From: an uncultured Acidobacteriota bacterium
GTDB taxonomy: Bacteria; Acidobacteriota; UBA6911; RPQK01; JAPXNP01
NCBI GenBank assembly: GCA_963777605.1
Contig: CAVZRV010000035.1
Coordinates: forward strand, 96,001-160,000
Direction: 5' to 3'
Length of the DNA stretch: 64,000 nucleotides
A model generated the notes under the pieces. The model ran no database searches and was not told the origin of the DNA. It saw nothing but the letters and a program-made list of their open reading frames with translations. This document shows, in pieces, positions 11,014 to 21,235 of this stretch. Position 1 is the stretch's first letter; every line of letters starts with the position of its first letter. The translations under genes were made by a program, and so were the position numbers.

Positions 11014-11522
11014 GCCGGCCACGTGATCCAACTTCGAAGCCTGAAGACCCACGAGTCGATCCGGAATTGGGCAGGCAAATGACGCGATCCCGAGAGTCGA
11101 CAGGCCCGTTGTTTCATCTGCCGGTTCCGGGGGCCAGATTCCGGACCTCCAAACCACTCGTCTTGGGGGGCTCGGTGCACGCAGCGAGTGTTGAGGGATT
11201 CTTCGCAATTTCCGGAAACCGTCGCAGCGGAGACAACAACGTAAAGGAATGGCTGAGCCGTGGTAGAGAAGACCGAGTTGGGCGCTGCAATCCCAACTCG
11301 TCCATTTAGCAGGCTCCCTCATCTAGATGCCGGGAGACGAAAAATCCAAGATTTGTTTTGAGGTTTTCCACCTTTGGACGCTCTTGACTAGTAGAAGGGA
11401 AGAACCTCGGTTTCCTGGTTATTTTCGGTTGGTATGTGCCGTCAGGGCTTTTTGGCCTCTGTGGCAGTAGTTTGCCTGCTGGTTTCAGGCATTGCTTTGA
11501 CGGGATTCTCTGCCCTTTGGGG

Positions 11523-11790
11523 GGCACTGTCAAGTCGATGGGCTCGTTGAGAAAATACAGGAATGAACTCGCTCTTCAAAGGTCATCGTTTTCCTGCTGA
11601 GATCATTGGTTATGAAGATTCAGGGCCAACAGTTCTATCTTTGGAGAGCAGTCGATCAGGATGGCGATGTTCTCGACATCCTGGCAACCAAGAGGCGAAA
11701 CACGAAAGCAGCTAAGCGGTTCTTCCGTAAGGTGTTGAAAGGACAAGGGGAACCGCCGTGGAAACTGATCACCGACAAGCTTAGCAGGCT
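11523..11790 (+). mobile_element. IS6-family relic with an internal deletion
   Basis: GGCACTGTCA end; MNSLFKGHRFPAEII start joined directly to YLWRAVDQDGDVLDIL. Confidence 0.8.
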
Positions 11791-11932
11791 ACTCCGCGAC
11801 AGAGCTTTCTCCCATTGGAGAGAGGTGACCTGCGCCCGCTGAGCAGCACTCTGCCTGGGCGTTTTCTGTCTTCAAATCTCATGGCCACCATTAACTTGAC
11901 AGCGCCCGACCTCAGTGAGTGATGAGCCGGCG

Positions 11933-11965
11933 TTGCACTTTGGTATACTTTTGCACTATAGTGCA
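11933..11965 (+). promoter_or_regulatory. tetR promoter/operator
   Basis: TTGCAC-N18-TATAGT; perfect palindrome TGCACTATAGTGCA at 11952-11965 over the -10 box. Confidence 0.6.
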
Positions 11966-11971
11966 TACCCA

Positions 11972-12571
11972 ATGAACCCGATTCCGACTCGGGCACCATC
12001 TTGGACGACGACATCAGATCGGATCTACAGGGCCGCGATCTCGTTGTTTCGGCGGAGGGACTTCACTGAAGTGACGATCGAAGACATCACTTCTGCGGCC
12101 AAGACCTGTCGACGTACCTTCTTCAACCATTTCCCCACGAAGGAGCACGTTCTGGCCCGCCTCCACCAGGAACTGACGGCAGACTGTCTGGCACGGGCGG
12201 AGAAGGCCACACCGCACGACGGCTGGGAACGCATCGATGCCGCCTTTGATGCCTTTGCTGTCGCGGTCATGGCCGAACCCATCCTGGGCAGATCACTGCT
12301 TCGGTTGGTCTTCGTGAGTGATGTCCTGGCCAGCCAGGACCAGCAGGACGTTCTGATTCTCGGCGACTGGTTGAGACGCCAACTGCACGCCGCCATTGCC
12401 GCGGGCACGCTCGGGCACTGGATCGACCTCGAGACTGCTGGCTCACTGCTGATGGGGATTCTCAGTTCCGGCACGACGCAGTGGCTGACCTCGTTTCCGA
12501 ACGCATCGGTGCCACTCGATCGGGATTTTCGGTCGAAGCTGCAATTGGTCCGCAAAGGAATGGAGACCTAA
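11972..12571 (+). CDS. TetR/AcrR family regulator
   Basis: VTIEDIT...RRTFFNHFPTKE HTH. Confidence 0.88.
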   Translation: MNPIPTRAPSWTTTSDRIYRAAISLFRRRDFTEVTIEDITSAAKTCRRTFFNHFPTKEHVLARLHQELTADCLARAEKATPHDGWERIDAAFDAFAVAVMAEPILGRSLLRLVFVSDVLASQDQQDVLILGDWLRRQLHAAIAAGTLGHWIDLETAGSLLMGILSSGTTQWLTSFPNASVPLDRDFRSKLQLVRKGMET

Positions 12572-13774
12572 GTGAGATTACTGTACCGACTCAGTTCGGC
12601 CCTCGCGATAGTAGTTCTGGTTCTCGGATGGGTCCTATACCTGGCGCGCAACTCGGCCGTGGCCGTCGTCATGGACCTGCTGCCCGTAGCCCTGACGCTC
12701 TTCGGCTTCAGCGTGTTGCTTTCGCTCGTGATCGTCCTGAGCTCGGCTCGAATGCGTTGGCCAACCGTCGTCGTGGCCATCGCTGCGCTGGTTGGGCTGG
12801 GATTCTCGCTTTGGAGCCTCGTCACCAGAGTTCCCAGCGAGGACGTGGTCTTCACGAGCGGATCCGTCGAACTCAGGGGCACGGTCTATTCTGCCCAGAC
12901 GGAGAGTCACCCTCCGGGGGTTGTCCTCGTCCATGGTTCGGGGCGGGAAACCCGGTCGGAGCACCGGTTTTACGCCCGTTTTCTGGCCCAGAGAGGAATC
13001 ACCACGCTGGCTTTCGACAAACGCGGAGCCGGGGCATCCGGTGGTAGCACGTACGAAGCGGACTACCTTGACTATGCCGACGATGTCGTGGCGGCGGTCG
13101 AATGCCTTTCACGGATGCCTAATGTGGATCCAAACCGGATTGGGCTGGTCGGCTTCAGCGAAGCGGAGTGGGTTGCCCCGGTTGCGGAGAACCGCTCGGA
13201 CTCGATCGCATTCATCGTGATCATTGGGGCGTCGGGGTTGCGGCCTGTCGACCAGGTCGAGGAAGAAATTCGACTTCGACTCGAAAGGAAGGGCTTTGCC
13301 GAAGCTGATGTGCAGAAGGCGGAAGCACTTTATCGCCTCTACTCAGACTATCTCCGCGGAAAGGCCGATGCCCCTCGAGTGCGGGCCGAGATTGAGAATG
13401 CCTCCCGAACCCCCTGGTTTGCGGCTGCAGAGGATCTCCCCGATCAGGTGTATCCACGCGGGGAGTACGCCTGGTGGCGTCGAGTGATGGATTTTGACCC
13501 GTCACCGTACTGGCGCCGGGTTGACGTGCCCGTCCTGCTACTCAAAGGAACGGAGGACGATCGCTCCGCGGCAGCGCCCTCCGCCCAACGCCTCGAGGCC
13601 ATGATTTCCGCTCCGTGCGATGTGCGCCTTTTCCAGGGAGCCGATCACATGCTGCTTCAGTGGCCCATCGCTCCAAGGGTTCCCCCTCCCGTTTTTGCTG
13701 ACGGATATCCCCAGATCGTAGCCGACTGGATCCTCAGGACCGTTCGGGGCCCGGAGGAGAATACTGGGCCATAG
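12572..13774 (+). CDS. Membrane-anchored alpha/beta hydrolase
   Basis: 3 N-terminal TM segments; VLVHGSG, FDKRGAG, nucleophile elbow GFSEA, Asp (GTEDD) and His (GADH). Confidence 0.85.
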   Translation: MRLLYRLSSALAIVVLVLGWVLYLARNSAVAVVMDLLPVALTLFGFSVLLSLVIVLSSARMRWPTVVVAIAALVGLGFSLWSLVTRVPSEDVVFTSGSVELRGTVYSAQTESHPPGVVLVHGSGRETRSEHRFYARFLAQRGITTLAFDKRGAGASGGSTYEADYLDYADDVVAAVECLSRMPNVDPNRIGLVGFSEAEWVAPVAENRSDSIAFIVIIGASGLRPVDQVEEEIRLRLERKGFAEADVQKAEALYRLYSDYLRGKADAPRVRAEIENASRTPWFAAAEDLPDQVYPRGEYAWWRRVMDFDPSPYWRRVDVPVLLLKGTEDDRSAAAPSAQRLEAMISAPCDVRLFQGADHMLLQWPIAPRVPPPVFADGYPQIVADWILRTVRGPEENTGP

Positions 13775-13869
13775 CCCTCCTCGGCGCGCAGGGTTTCTTC
13801 CAGGAGTCTTCCAGAAGCGGAGAGGAACGGAAGAAGGGCCGGCAGTGGCCACCGGCCCGGAGGGACGAC

Positions 13870-14109
13870 TCAGTCGGAAGCCGGGGGCTCCTGGAGTTCC
13901 AGGATTCGCGAGTAGGCGAGATCGGCGACCTTGGCGAGGACGAGCAGGTCATCGCGGCTGAAGCTGCGGGTGGTCTTCCACGAGTCGCCGTCCTTATAGA
14001 GGCGCTCGAAGGTGACCGAGTGTCGGATCCCTCCCGAGTTGTCGTTCGCCCAGATGGCGGCTTTGATGGAACCGATTCGGACCGTCGCTGTGGGTTTTGT
14101 GTTTGCCAT
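13870..14109 (-). CDS. Small mobile-element-associated protein, possibly PC4/Whirly-like ssDNA-binding
   Basis: RIGSIKAAIWAN...VTFERLYKDGDSWKTTRSF pattern; AGGAG RBS. Confidence 0.55.
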   Translation of the reverse strand: MANTKPTATVRIGSIKAAIWANDNSGGIRHSVTFERLYKDGDSWKTTRSFSRDDLLVLAKVADLAYSRILELQEPPASD

Positions 14110-14484
14110 GATTTGTTTCTCCTTTTCTGTGTGATTTTTCTTTCGCCCCGAACTTGAAGAAAAATCCACAGAACTCGAAGGGAGAAACCCGCACCCGGTC
14201 GGCGAGGGGCGAAAAGTCCGGACAGGCAACAGGAATGACAGGCTCGCCCCTGGCGTGACCGTTGCCCGGACCGCCCAACGTCGATCGGATAAAGAGCGGG
14301 CATGGCGGATCGGAAACCCAGACGACGTCCAGAGAAGTTCGAGGCGGGACAGACTGGGCTCATAACTCGAAGGGGGCGCCTACCGGTCCAGCGAAAGCGT
14401 CGATGAAACGGCGATAAAGGTGGACGAGCACGCTGTGTGGCTATTTGCGACACGAAGTCGTTTGATGAAGTTGTCCCCACGTAG

Positions 14485-15045
14485 TGTCGGGGGCCACCCG
14501 TACCAACGGGTGAATCTAGGGGCATGAATCAAGAGCTGCCCTGACAATGTAACGAAGCGCGACAGTTGGTCGCGCGGGACGCAAATCGCGAGAGGCGTGC
14601 CCTCCCGGCACCCACAAACCGGGTGAGTGCTAGATAGCGGGCCAAGGTGAAGATATCTAAATCTGTGATAAAGATCGTGAACCGCAGCAAGCGTAAGTGG
14701 TTGAGACGCTTGACCAAACGGTATTGGAGGCGGGTAGAACGTTTAGAGCCTGCGTTCTCGTGGTCCACACGCCTCTCGGTCAATAGCAGACACCTAACCC
14801 CGCGCACTTCTCAATCGGAACGTGGAAACCCGTATCGCTCCCTGACTAGCCGGGACAGCGGGCCGCGAAGTTCGCCTAGGCGGTGCGCGTTTGGGATGTC
14901 GGAAAAAGCGAAGGCCGCGACGTAATGTTGCGGATACAGGTTTCAACGTCACCCGGCACGAAAGTGACCCTACGTCCGACGGGTCTTTCGTCGCCAGAGA
15001 GTTTGGAGAACCGCCATCATGAGGAAAGGCAAATGACAGCCGTCC
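14485..15045 (+). mobile_element. Truncated group II intron (5' ribozyme domains; RT ORF and domains V-VI lost)
   Basis: Motif order GGAACGTGGAAACCCGTATC, GCGAAGGCCGCGACGTAATGTTGCGGATA, CGAAAG, CCGACGGGTC, GAGAGTTTGGAGAAC, GAGGAAAGGCAAATGAC resembles IIB/CL1-type introns from memory; boundaries approximate. Confidence 0.55.
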
Positions 15046-15184
15046 CATGAAGGTAAACTCCTTCAGCCGATCGCGCTGACCGTCAGACGGCGGTATATTC
15101 AGAGACACTGAAACCAGAAAGCTATCCGGGTTGGGCCGAAGGAGCAGCTCCGTACTCCGGATATTCGTCCAACAGGGGGAAAAC

Positions 15185-16159
15185 ATGCCTGCAGTCAATG
15201 ACACGCCACCCGAGTTCGTCGAACAAGACCTCAATCGTCTCCGGCAACATCTCGACGCTCAGCTGCCGGTCAAAGGAACGAACGAGAACGTTCTTCTCGC
15301 TACCTGGAATATCAGGGCGTTTGGCGATTTAACGAAGAAGTGGAGCAGCAGCCCGAACGACAGCCCCAAGAGGAATTTTCACGCTGTCGTCTGCATTGCC
15401 GAGATCATCTCTCGCTTTGACGTTGTCGCGGTCCAGGAGGTCAAAGGGAACATCCGAGCGTTGCGCTATCTGCTCAGGAAACTCGGCCCCCGGTGGGGAT
15501 TCCTCATGACCGACGTCACTCGCGGTGACCCGGGTAATGATGAGCGGATGGCGTTTCTTTTCGACACGGGGAGGGTCAAACCGTCCGGCCTGGCTTGCGA
15601 ACTCGTCGTTCCAGAACGAGTCCAAGGTGCCGTTCCTGACCCTGCTAGTGCTTTTCAACGCCAGTTCGTCCGAACCCCTTATGCCTGCAGTTTCCTGTCG
15701 GCGGGTAAAACCTTCATCCTCATTACACTACATGTCCTTTACGGCGAAACGCCCCGGGACCGAATTCCCGAACTCGAGGCAATCGCCAAATGGCTCCATG
15801 ACTGGGCCCGCGATTCCAACAGCTTCGATCACAGTCTGATCGCCCTTGGCGACTTCAATATTGATCGCGTGGGCGATCCGCTCTATCGGGCGTTCACATC
15901 CACCGGTTTGACGACACCCGCCGACCTGAATGCCGTCCCAAGGACGATCTTTGCCAAACCCGGCAAACCCCAACTGGACAAGCATTACGATCAGATTGCC
16001 TGGTTTGAAAACCGCCAGGGGATTGATCAGCTCTCGCTCACCTATCACCGCGGCGGATTCGTGGACTTCCGCGGCCTCGTCATGTCCGACATCTCCGACC
16101 AATCGCTTTCGTGGCGCATCTCCGATCACTTTCCGCTCTGGGCCGAGTTCACGGTCTGA
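15185..16159 (+). CDS. Endonuclease/exonuclease/phosphatase (EEP) family protein
   Basis: ATWNIR, AVQEV, LGDFN, YDQI and SDHFP motifs. Confidence 0.9.
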   Translation: MPAVNDTPPEFVEQDLNRLRQHLDAQLPVKGTNENVLLATWNIRAFGDLTKKWSSSPNDSPKRNFHAVVCIAEIISRFDVVAVQEVKGNIRALRYLLRKLGPRWGFLMTDVTRGDPGNDERMAFLFDTGRVKPSGLACELVVPERVQGAVPDPASAFQRQFVRTPYACSFLSAGKTFILITLHVLYGETPRDRIPELEAIAKWLHDWARDSNSFDHSLIALGDFNIDRVGDPLYRAFTSTGLTTPADLNAVPRTIFAKPGKPQLDKHYDQIAWFENRQGIDQLSLTYHRGGFVDFRGLVMSDISDQSLSWRISDHFPLWAEFTV

Positions 16160-16473
16160 TGGAACGTGTTGAAGGGAGCCGAATCCTGTTTCCACCTTTG
16201 CACCCGCCCAATACTGGCGCGGGACCTCAAACTCTCCAAGAATCTCATTTGAAACCAGATAATCGATATTATCCTTGAAGGTCTGCGAACCTCGAAGGGT
16301 GAACTTGACGGGCGCTTTGCTGTCTGAAATGGCTTTTGTATTCCTGTCTTGATACGATCTCAATAATTCAGAAAACGGCAGCCGACTCTGACATGGCGAA
16401 GATGAAGTTGGTGGACAGCACGGTGCCGTGCCGGGGCCAAGAGCGCGTCGAAGTTCAGTAAGGAGCCTGTCGA

Positions 16474-18141
16474 ATGCCCTTTCCTCTCGCCACGGTTCAG
16501 AGCGCACTGCAGGATCAATGGAATGTAGCCGTGATTGGTTCCGGCTACGGTGGTTCGATCATGGCGGCCCGGCTGGCCCAGGCGGGAGTCCCGCAGATCT
16601 GCGTGCTGGAACGGGGAAAGGAATGGCTGCCCGGCGACTTCCCGGACTCTCTTGGAGAGCTGGCAGACAACCTGCGATTGAGCAACCTGCCAGCCAACAG
16701 ATTGGGACTTTTCGACTACATGCTGAACAGCGAGATCGATGTGCTCCGGGGGAACGGCCTGGGTGGAACCTCCCTGATCAATGCCAATGTGGCGATTCGA
16801 CCGGACGACGAGTTCTTTGAAAAGGCCCACTGGCCCACCGAGATTCGGGAGCTTTTCAGCAGCGGCGAACTCTGGAACTACTACTCCCGGGCCGAGGTTG
16901 CCCTTGGTGTGATGCAACATCCCCGGGGAATGCAGCTTCGCAAGGTCCTGGCGATGAAGAGGAGAGCAGATCAGCTTCCTGGCAGTGACTTTCGACTTCT
17001 CAATCTGGCCGTAAACCATGACATCGATGGAGTGAACGATGAGGAGATCGAACAAAAGCCTTGCATCGATTGCGGCGACTGTTTTTCAGGCTGCAATGTC
17101 GGTGCCAAGAATACCCTGAACTTCAACTATCTTCCGATGGCCCGAAATGCCGGGGCGAGCATTTTCACCCGAATTGAGGTCTCTCACATCGAGGCGCGGG
17201 CAGATGGCAAGTATGTTGTCCATTACAACGCGAACGAAAACCATGGCCAGGGTCCGGAGCGCTTGCTGGTTGCCAATCATGTCATAGTCAGCGCCGGGGC
17301 TCTCGGCTCAACCGAGATTCTACTGCGATCAAAACAGAATGGCCTCGAGATTACCGGCCAGTTGGGTGCTCACTTTTCGGGCAACGCCGATTTCGTCGCG
17401 ATCGCATACAACAACAACGAACGCACGGATGTACTGGGGTATGGAAACCAGCCGGGAAGCATGCGCTCCGCAGTCAAGCCCGGACCCTCGATCGTGAGCG
17501 GGCTCAGCTATAACCGGAGCCTCGACTTTTCCCGCCGCTACATTGTGGAAGACTTTAGCTTTCCCCTCGCTCTGGTCGATGCCGCCCGACGCGCCTTTCC
17601 TTTCATTGTGGGACGCGACACGGACTCGGGAATCGCAGACAAGTTCCTGGAACTCCAACGCATGGGGATGGACCTGGTTTCCTGGAACCCGCTGGGAGCG
17701 CTGAATCGGACGATGGTCTACCTGGCGATGGGAGCCGATGACTCAGTCGGCAAGATCAGCCTCGATCCTTTGGGAAAGCTACGAATCGATTGGCCCGGGG
17801 TACCGGATCAGGCCATTTTTCGCGAAATGAACGCAGAGATTGAAAGGCATGCAGAGACACTCGGCGGGACCTTCATCGAGAACTTCCGATGGACTTTCCT
17901 GGGTGGCCGCAACCTGATCACGGTACATCCTCTGGGTGGTTGTCGGATGGCAAGAGATGCCGATCAGGGCGTGGTGGATGCCCGTGGAAGAGTCTACAAC
18001 GGCGAAGGAGGAGTGCACGCCGGGCTGTTCGTCGTCGACGGTTCGATGGTTCCGTCAGCTGCTGGGGTCAATCCTTTTCTAACGATTTCGGCTTTGTCCG
18101 AGAGAATCGCCGAGCAGTTGGCAGCCGAACTGACTTCGTGA
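16474..18141 (+). CDS. GMC oxidoreductase, cholesterol-oxidase-like
   Basis: GSGYGG, GGTSLINANV, CxxCxxCxxGC, AKNTL, VHPLGG and GVNP motifs. Confidence 0.9.
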   Translation: MPFPLATVQSALQDQWNVAVIGSGYGGSIMAARLAQAGVPQICVLERGKEWLPGDFPDSLGELADNLRLSNLPANRLGLFDYMLNSEIDVLRGNGLGGTSLINANVAIRPDDEFFEKAHWPTEIRELFSSGELWNYYSRAEVALGVMQHPRGMQLRKVLAMKRRADQLPGSDFRLLNLAVNHDIDGVNDEEIEQKPCIDCGDCFSGCNVGAKNTLNFNYLPMARNAGASIFTRIEVSHIEARADGKYVVHYNANENHGQGPERLLVANHVIVSAGALGSTEILLRSKQNGLEITGQLGAHFSGNADFVAIAYNNNERTDVLGYGNQPGSMRSAVKPGPSIVSGLSYNRSLDFSRRYIVEDFSFPLALVDAARRAFPFIVGRDTDSGIADKFLELQRMGMDLVSWNPLGALNRTMVYLAMGADDSVGKISLDPLGKLRIDWPGVPDQAIFREMNAEIERHAETLGGTFIENFRWTFLGGRNLITVHPLGGCRMARDADQGVVDARGRVYNGEGGVHAGLFVVDGSMVPSAAGVNPFLTISALSERIAEQLAAELTS

Positions 18142-18205
18142 TGGGGGAGAGAACAATCCGTGACAGGACCTGATGACTAGCGAACTGAGAAATCAACGGG
18201 TAGTC

Positions 18206-18595
18206 ATGCCTACTATCGATGAACCACCACCCGCCTTTGTTGAAGAAGACCTCGAGCAGTTTCGATCACAGCCTGATCGCACTCGGCGACTTCAACAACG
18301 ACCGGATAGGGGATCCGCTCTATCAGGCCCTAACCTCCACCGGCCTGTCAACGCCGGCCGACCTGAATGCCGTCCCGAGAACGATCTTCGCTCAACCCAA
18401 CCAGCCTGAACTCGACAAGCACTACGATCAGAACGCTGGGTTGAAAGCCATCAAGGAATCGACCAACTGTCCCTCCGATACCGGCGCGGTGTCCTCGTCG
18501 ACTTTCGCGACCTGGTCATGCAGTCACTGTCAAACCAGTCCCTTTCCTGGCGCATCTCAGATCATTTTCCTCTATGGGCCGAGTTCACCGTCTGA
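18206..18595 (+). pseudogene. Internally deleted duplicate of the EEP gene
   Basis: Start MPTIDEPPPAFVEEDL joined to FDHSLIALGDFN...SDHFPLWAEFTV; matches both ends of 15185-16159. Confidence 0.85.
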
Positions 18596-18854
18596 ATCAG
18601 TTCTCAGTAAGTTTCAGAGGAGAATTCAAAACCGGCAGGCTGCGTTCTTCTGGCGTTAAGTCAAGAGACCGGCGGATCTGTTTTGGGGACCAGGTCCTCG
18701 AAGCCTGCGTTCCCGCTGTCATTCCGGATGCCTCATTGACAGCGCGGCATCCCGGGCGTATACAGGAATCAACAGCTTTTTGCCTCTACTGCCCCACGGA
18801 ACTTAGTCAGCGATTCCGGGACAGAAGTCAGACCCCCGTAGGTGGAGGTGAGCC

Positions 18855-19460
18855 ATGGACTGGAGCGACCTGCGCGGTACTTGCACCGTCTTCCTTACGG
18901 TCACTACCTGGATTTCACTGTTTGTCTTCGGCGTGACGGTTAATTCCGATGCCTACCTGACCGCCATTTCCAGTAGCGGCACCGTCATGGGGGCAATCCC
19001 AAACCTGGCTGGTTACGTTCTTTCCGGGACCTGGACCAACGTCCTTTGCCTCTGCGTGATGGCCAGTCTCGCTGGCGAGTTCAGCCCGGATGCGATCGTA
19101 AGATCAAGATTGAAACCCGTGGTCCGTGCGGCCGTTGCGCTGGGTTTCCTGGTCTTTCTCGGGATCGCAACGGGGCAGTCGATCATCATGGGGAACATCT
19201 CCCTCCCCGAATCGGTTGCCGCGGCTGACGACGGGGGTGTCCCCACGGTCAGTCCCGGGCAGTACTTTCGGGTGGCTACTTTCGGTTCCCTTTTCAGTTT
19301 TCTGCTGGGCCTTCGACCGAGAGTCGTCGCCGGCCTGGTTGCGAAGATTCTAAGTCGGACTCCAGGCGAGGAGCAGGGTTCGAAGGCCGACCAGCAGTGG
19401 GTCATGGTTCGGAAGAGCCGGAATTTGTGGGAGGCTCCGACTTCCCCGGCCAGCCTGTGA
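18855..19460 (+). CDS. Hypothetical membrane protein (about 4 TM)
   Basis: GGAGG RBS; hydrophobic segments. Confidence 0.7.
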   Translation: MDWSDLRGTCTVFLTVTTWISLFVFGVTVNSDAYLTAISSSGTVMGAIPNLAGYVLSGTWTNVLCLCVMASLAGEFSPDAIVRSRLKPVVRAAVALGFLVFLGIATGQSIIMGNISLPESVAAADDGGVPTVSPGQYFRVATFGSLFSFLLGLRPRVVAGLVAKILSRTPGEEQGSKADQQWVMVRKSRNLWEAPTSPASL

Positions 19461-19578
19461 GCAGAAAATGCCCAGCCCACTCCGCGAGAAAGCCCGTCGG
19501 GCTGGTGAAGAGATTTGAAGCGCTGGTCCGAACGGGATCGTGTCGGGAACGGTCGGCCGAAACAACAGGAGGAAACGG

Positions 19579-20454
19579 ATGGAACGAGACGGGAAGCTCC
19601 GCTTAAAGCTAACGGATGTATATGGCGAAACGCTTAAGGAAAAGGTGGGGATTGGCCTACGCAATCAGACCCTCGGAGACCGGAGGAGAGTCAAAGCTGT
19701 CAGTGCCTCACGACGATTCACCATCACCGAACTTCTTGGCGCTCCCCAAGGCCTATACCAGGTGAAGGTCGATCCCCCCTCGTACCTTCCAATTCGGCAT
19801 TTCGTCAACCTCAGGGCGAGCGGGATCACCGACCATGAAATGACCTTCGCCATCGATCCCGGAAAGATCAAAAGCGTCAGATTTCCGCCCTACGAAGAGC
19901 TTGCAGCGGGCTCAAAGGACCTGTTGGATCGAAGCAGCAGCGTACTGTCCTTCGAGGGCCGGAGCGGCAAGACGCTCTACGAAGATCTTGACGATGTTCG
20001 GAGAGCCGGATTTCTGAACATCGCAACCAAGTGCAGCGCAACGCCTCTCGGAAACGAGCGGGCCGTGCTGCCTTACGTGGAGGAACTGCGGGAAATCCGG
20101 GGAGACCGCTTCTTCGTGCGGGTCCCCAAGGAGTTACGGGAAGAAGTCAAGAACAGCGTGGCGTTGGGTTTGTTTCGCTCGGTTGACGGTTCCCTGCACC
20201 ACCCGCCGGCCGGGTTCACGGATGCAGGGAGTTTCAAAACTGAGGATTCGTATGGCAATTTGCAGTTGACCTTCTTCATGAAAGAAAACGGGGAATGTGT
20301 GGCGGATATCGACATCGATGATGCCGCAGGGATCGGCCACGTCTTTCAAGTCCTCAAGAACACCCTCACCGGGCGGCCGACCCATCCCTACGATATCCAC
20401 GAAATTCTGGTCTTTCACCAGAAGCTCGACCCGGGATACCGATTTGTGGTCTGA
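19579..20454 (+). CDS. Hypothetical protein with a His/Asp-rich C-terminal motif set
   Basis: AGGAGG RBS; SFKT..YGNLQLTF, DIDID, HVFQVL, THPYDIHEIL. Confidence 0.75.
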   Translation: MERDGKLRLKLTDVYGETLKEKVGIGLRNQTLGDRRRVKAVSASRRFTITELLGAPQGLYQVKVDPPSYLPIRHFVNLRASGITDHEMTFAIDPGKIKSVRFPPYEELAAGSKDLLDRSSSVLSFEGRSGKTLYEDLDDVRRAGFLNIATKCSATPLGNERAVLPYVEELREIRGDRFFVRVPKELREEVKNSVALGLFRSVDGSLHHPPAGFTDAGSFKTEDSYGNLQLTFFMKENGECVADIDIDDAAGIGHVFQVLKNTLTGRPTHPYDIHEILVFHQKLDPGYRFVV

Positions 20455-20515
20455 CCGCACCTGTCATCGCACCCCGACTCTTCTCTGCGGGAGAACGGGA
20501 AAGGAGAGCAAACCA

Positions 20516-21030
20516 ATGAAAATCCTCCGTCACAGACTCGTCTTCGATGATGGCGAGCCTGGTTCGGGCGGGAGTTCCCCGACACGGAAGTCATCCAGGC
20601 GACCCACAAGCACGAGAGCGAACCGGCCGGCTGGCACGTCTTTACCGAAGCTCAGATCGATGCGGCCCTGAAAGCATCGCTTCTCCTGATCGAAAAGTAC
20701 GGCCTCAAAGATGTCCTCGGTCATGAAGACGTTTCTCCCGGCCGGAAACAGGACCCGGGACCGGCCTTCCCCATGTCCAGCTTCAAGGCCCGGCTGCTGG
20801 GTCGCCAGGAAGAGGGGTCCATGTCGTTGAAGACCACAACGAATCTGAACATCCGCACCGGCCCCGGGACCCAGTTCCCGACGATCGAAGGTGGCCCGCT
20901 GCCTCCAGGTACTTTGGTCGTCGTCCTCCGCCAGGATGGGAGCTGGCGGTTTGTCGACGTGCTCTCCACAATCAACGGGGTGATGGATCTCCAGGGGTGG
21001 GTTCATGGGCGGTTTTTGGGACCGGCTTGA
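20516..21030 (+). pseudogene. N-acetylmuramoyl-L-alanine amidase (Amidase_2)-SH3b fusion with an internal deletion
   Basis: MKILRHRL start; FTEAQI, LGHEDVSPGRKQDPGPAFP; C-terminal LNIRTGPGT...GWVH SH3b; N-terminal catalytic part missing. Confidence 0.75.
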
Positions 21031-21235
21031 AACGAAGACCCGCTCGGAGGGTTAAAGGAAGAAAGGGAGCGAGGCCATCCCTGAGCTTGATCTCCCGCGC
21101 CGGATCTGCTCGGAGAGAGGCAAGTTGCGGGGACCCAACTCCACCGAGTCGACCGATCCGCGGTTCACAGCTGTCGGCCAATGCGTGAGATCATCCGGTA
21201 TGGCCTGAACCGGGCCGAAAAAGGAGCGATCCGGC

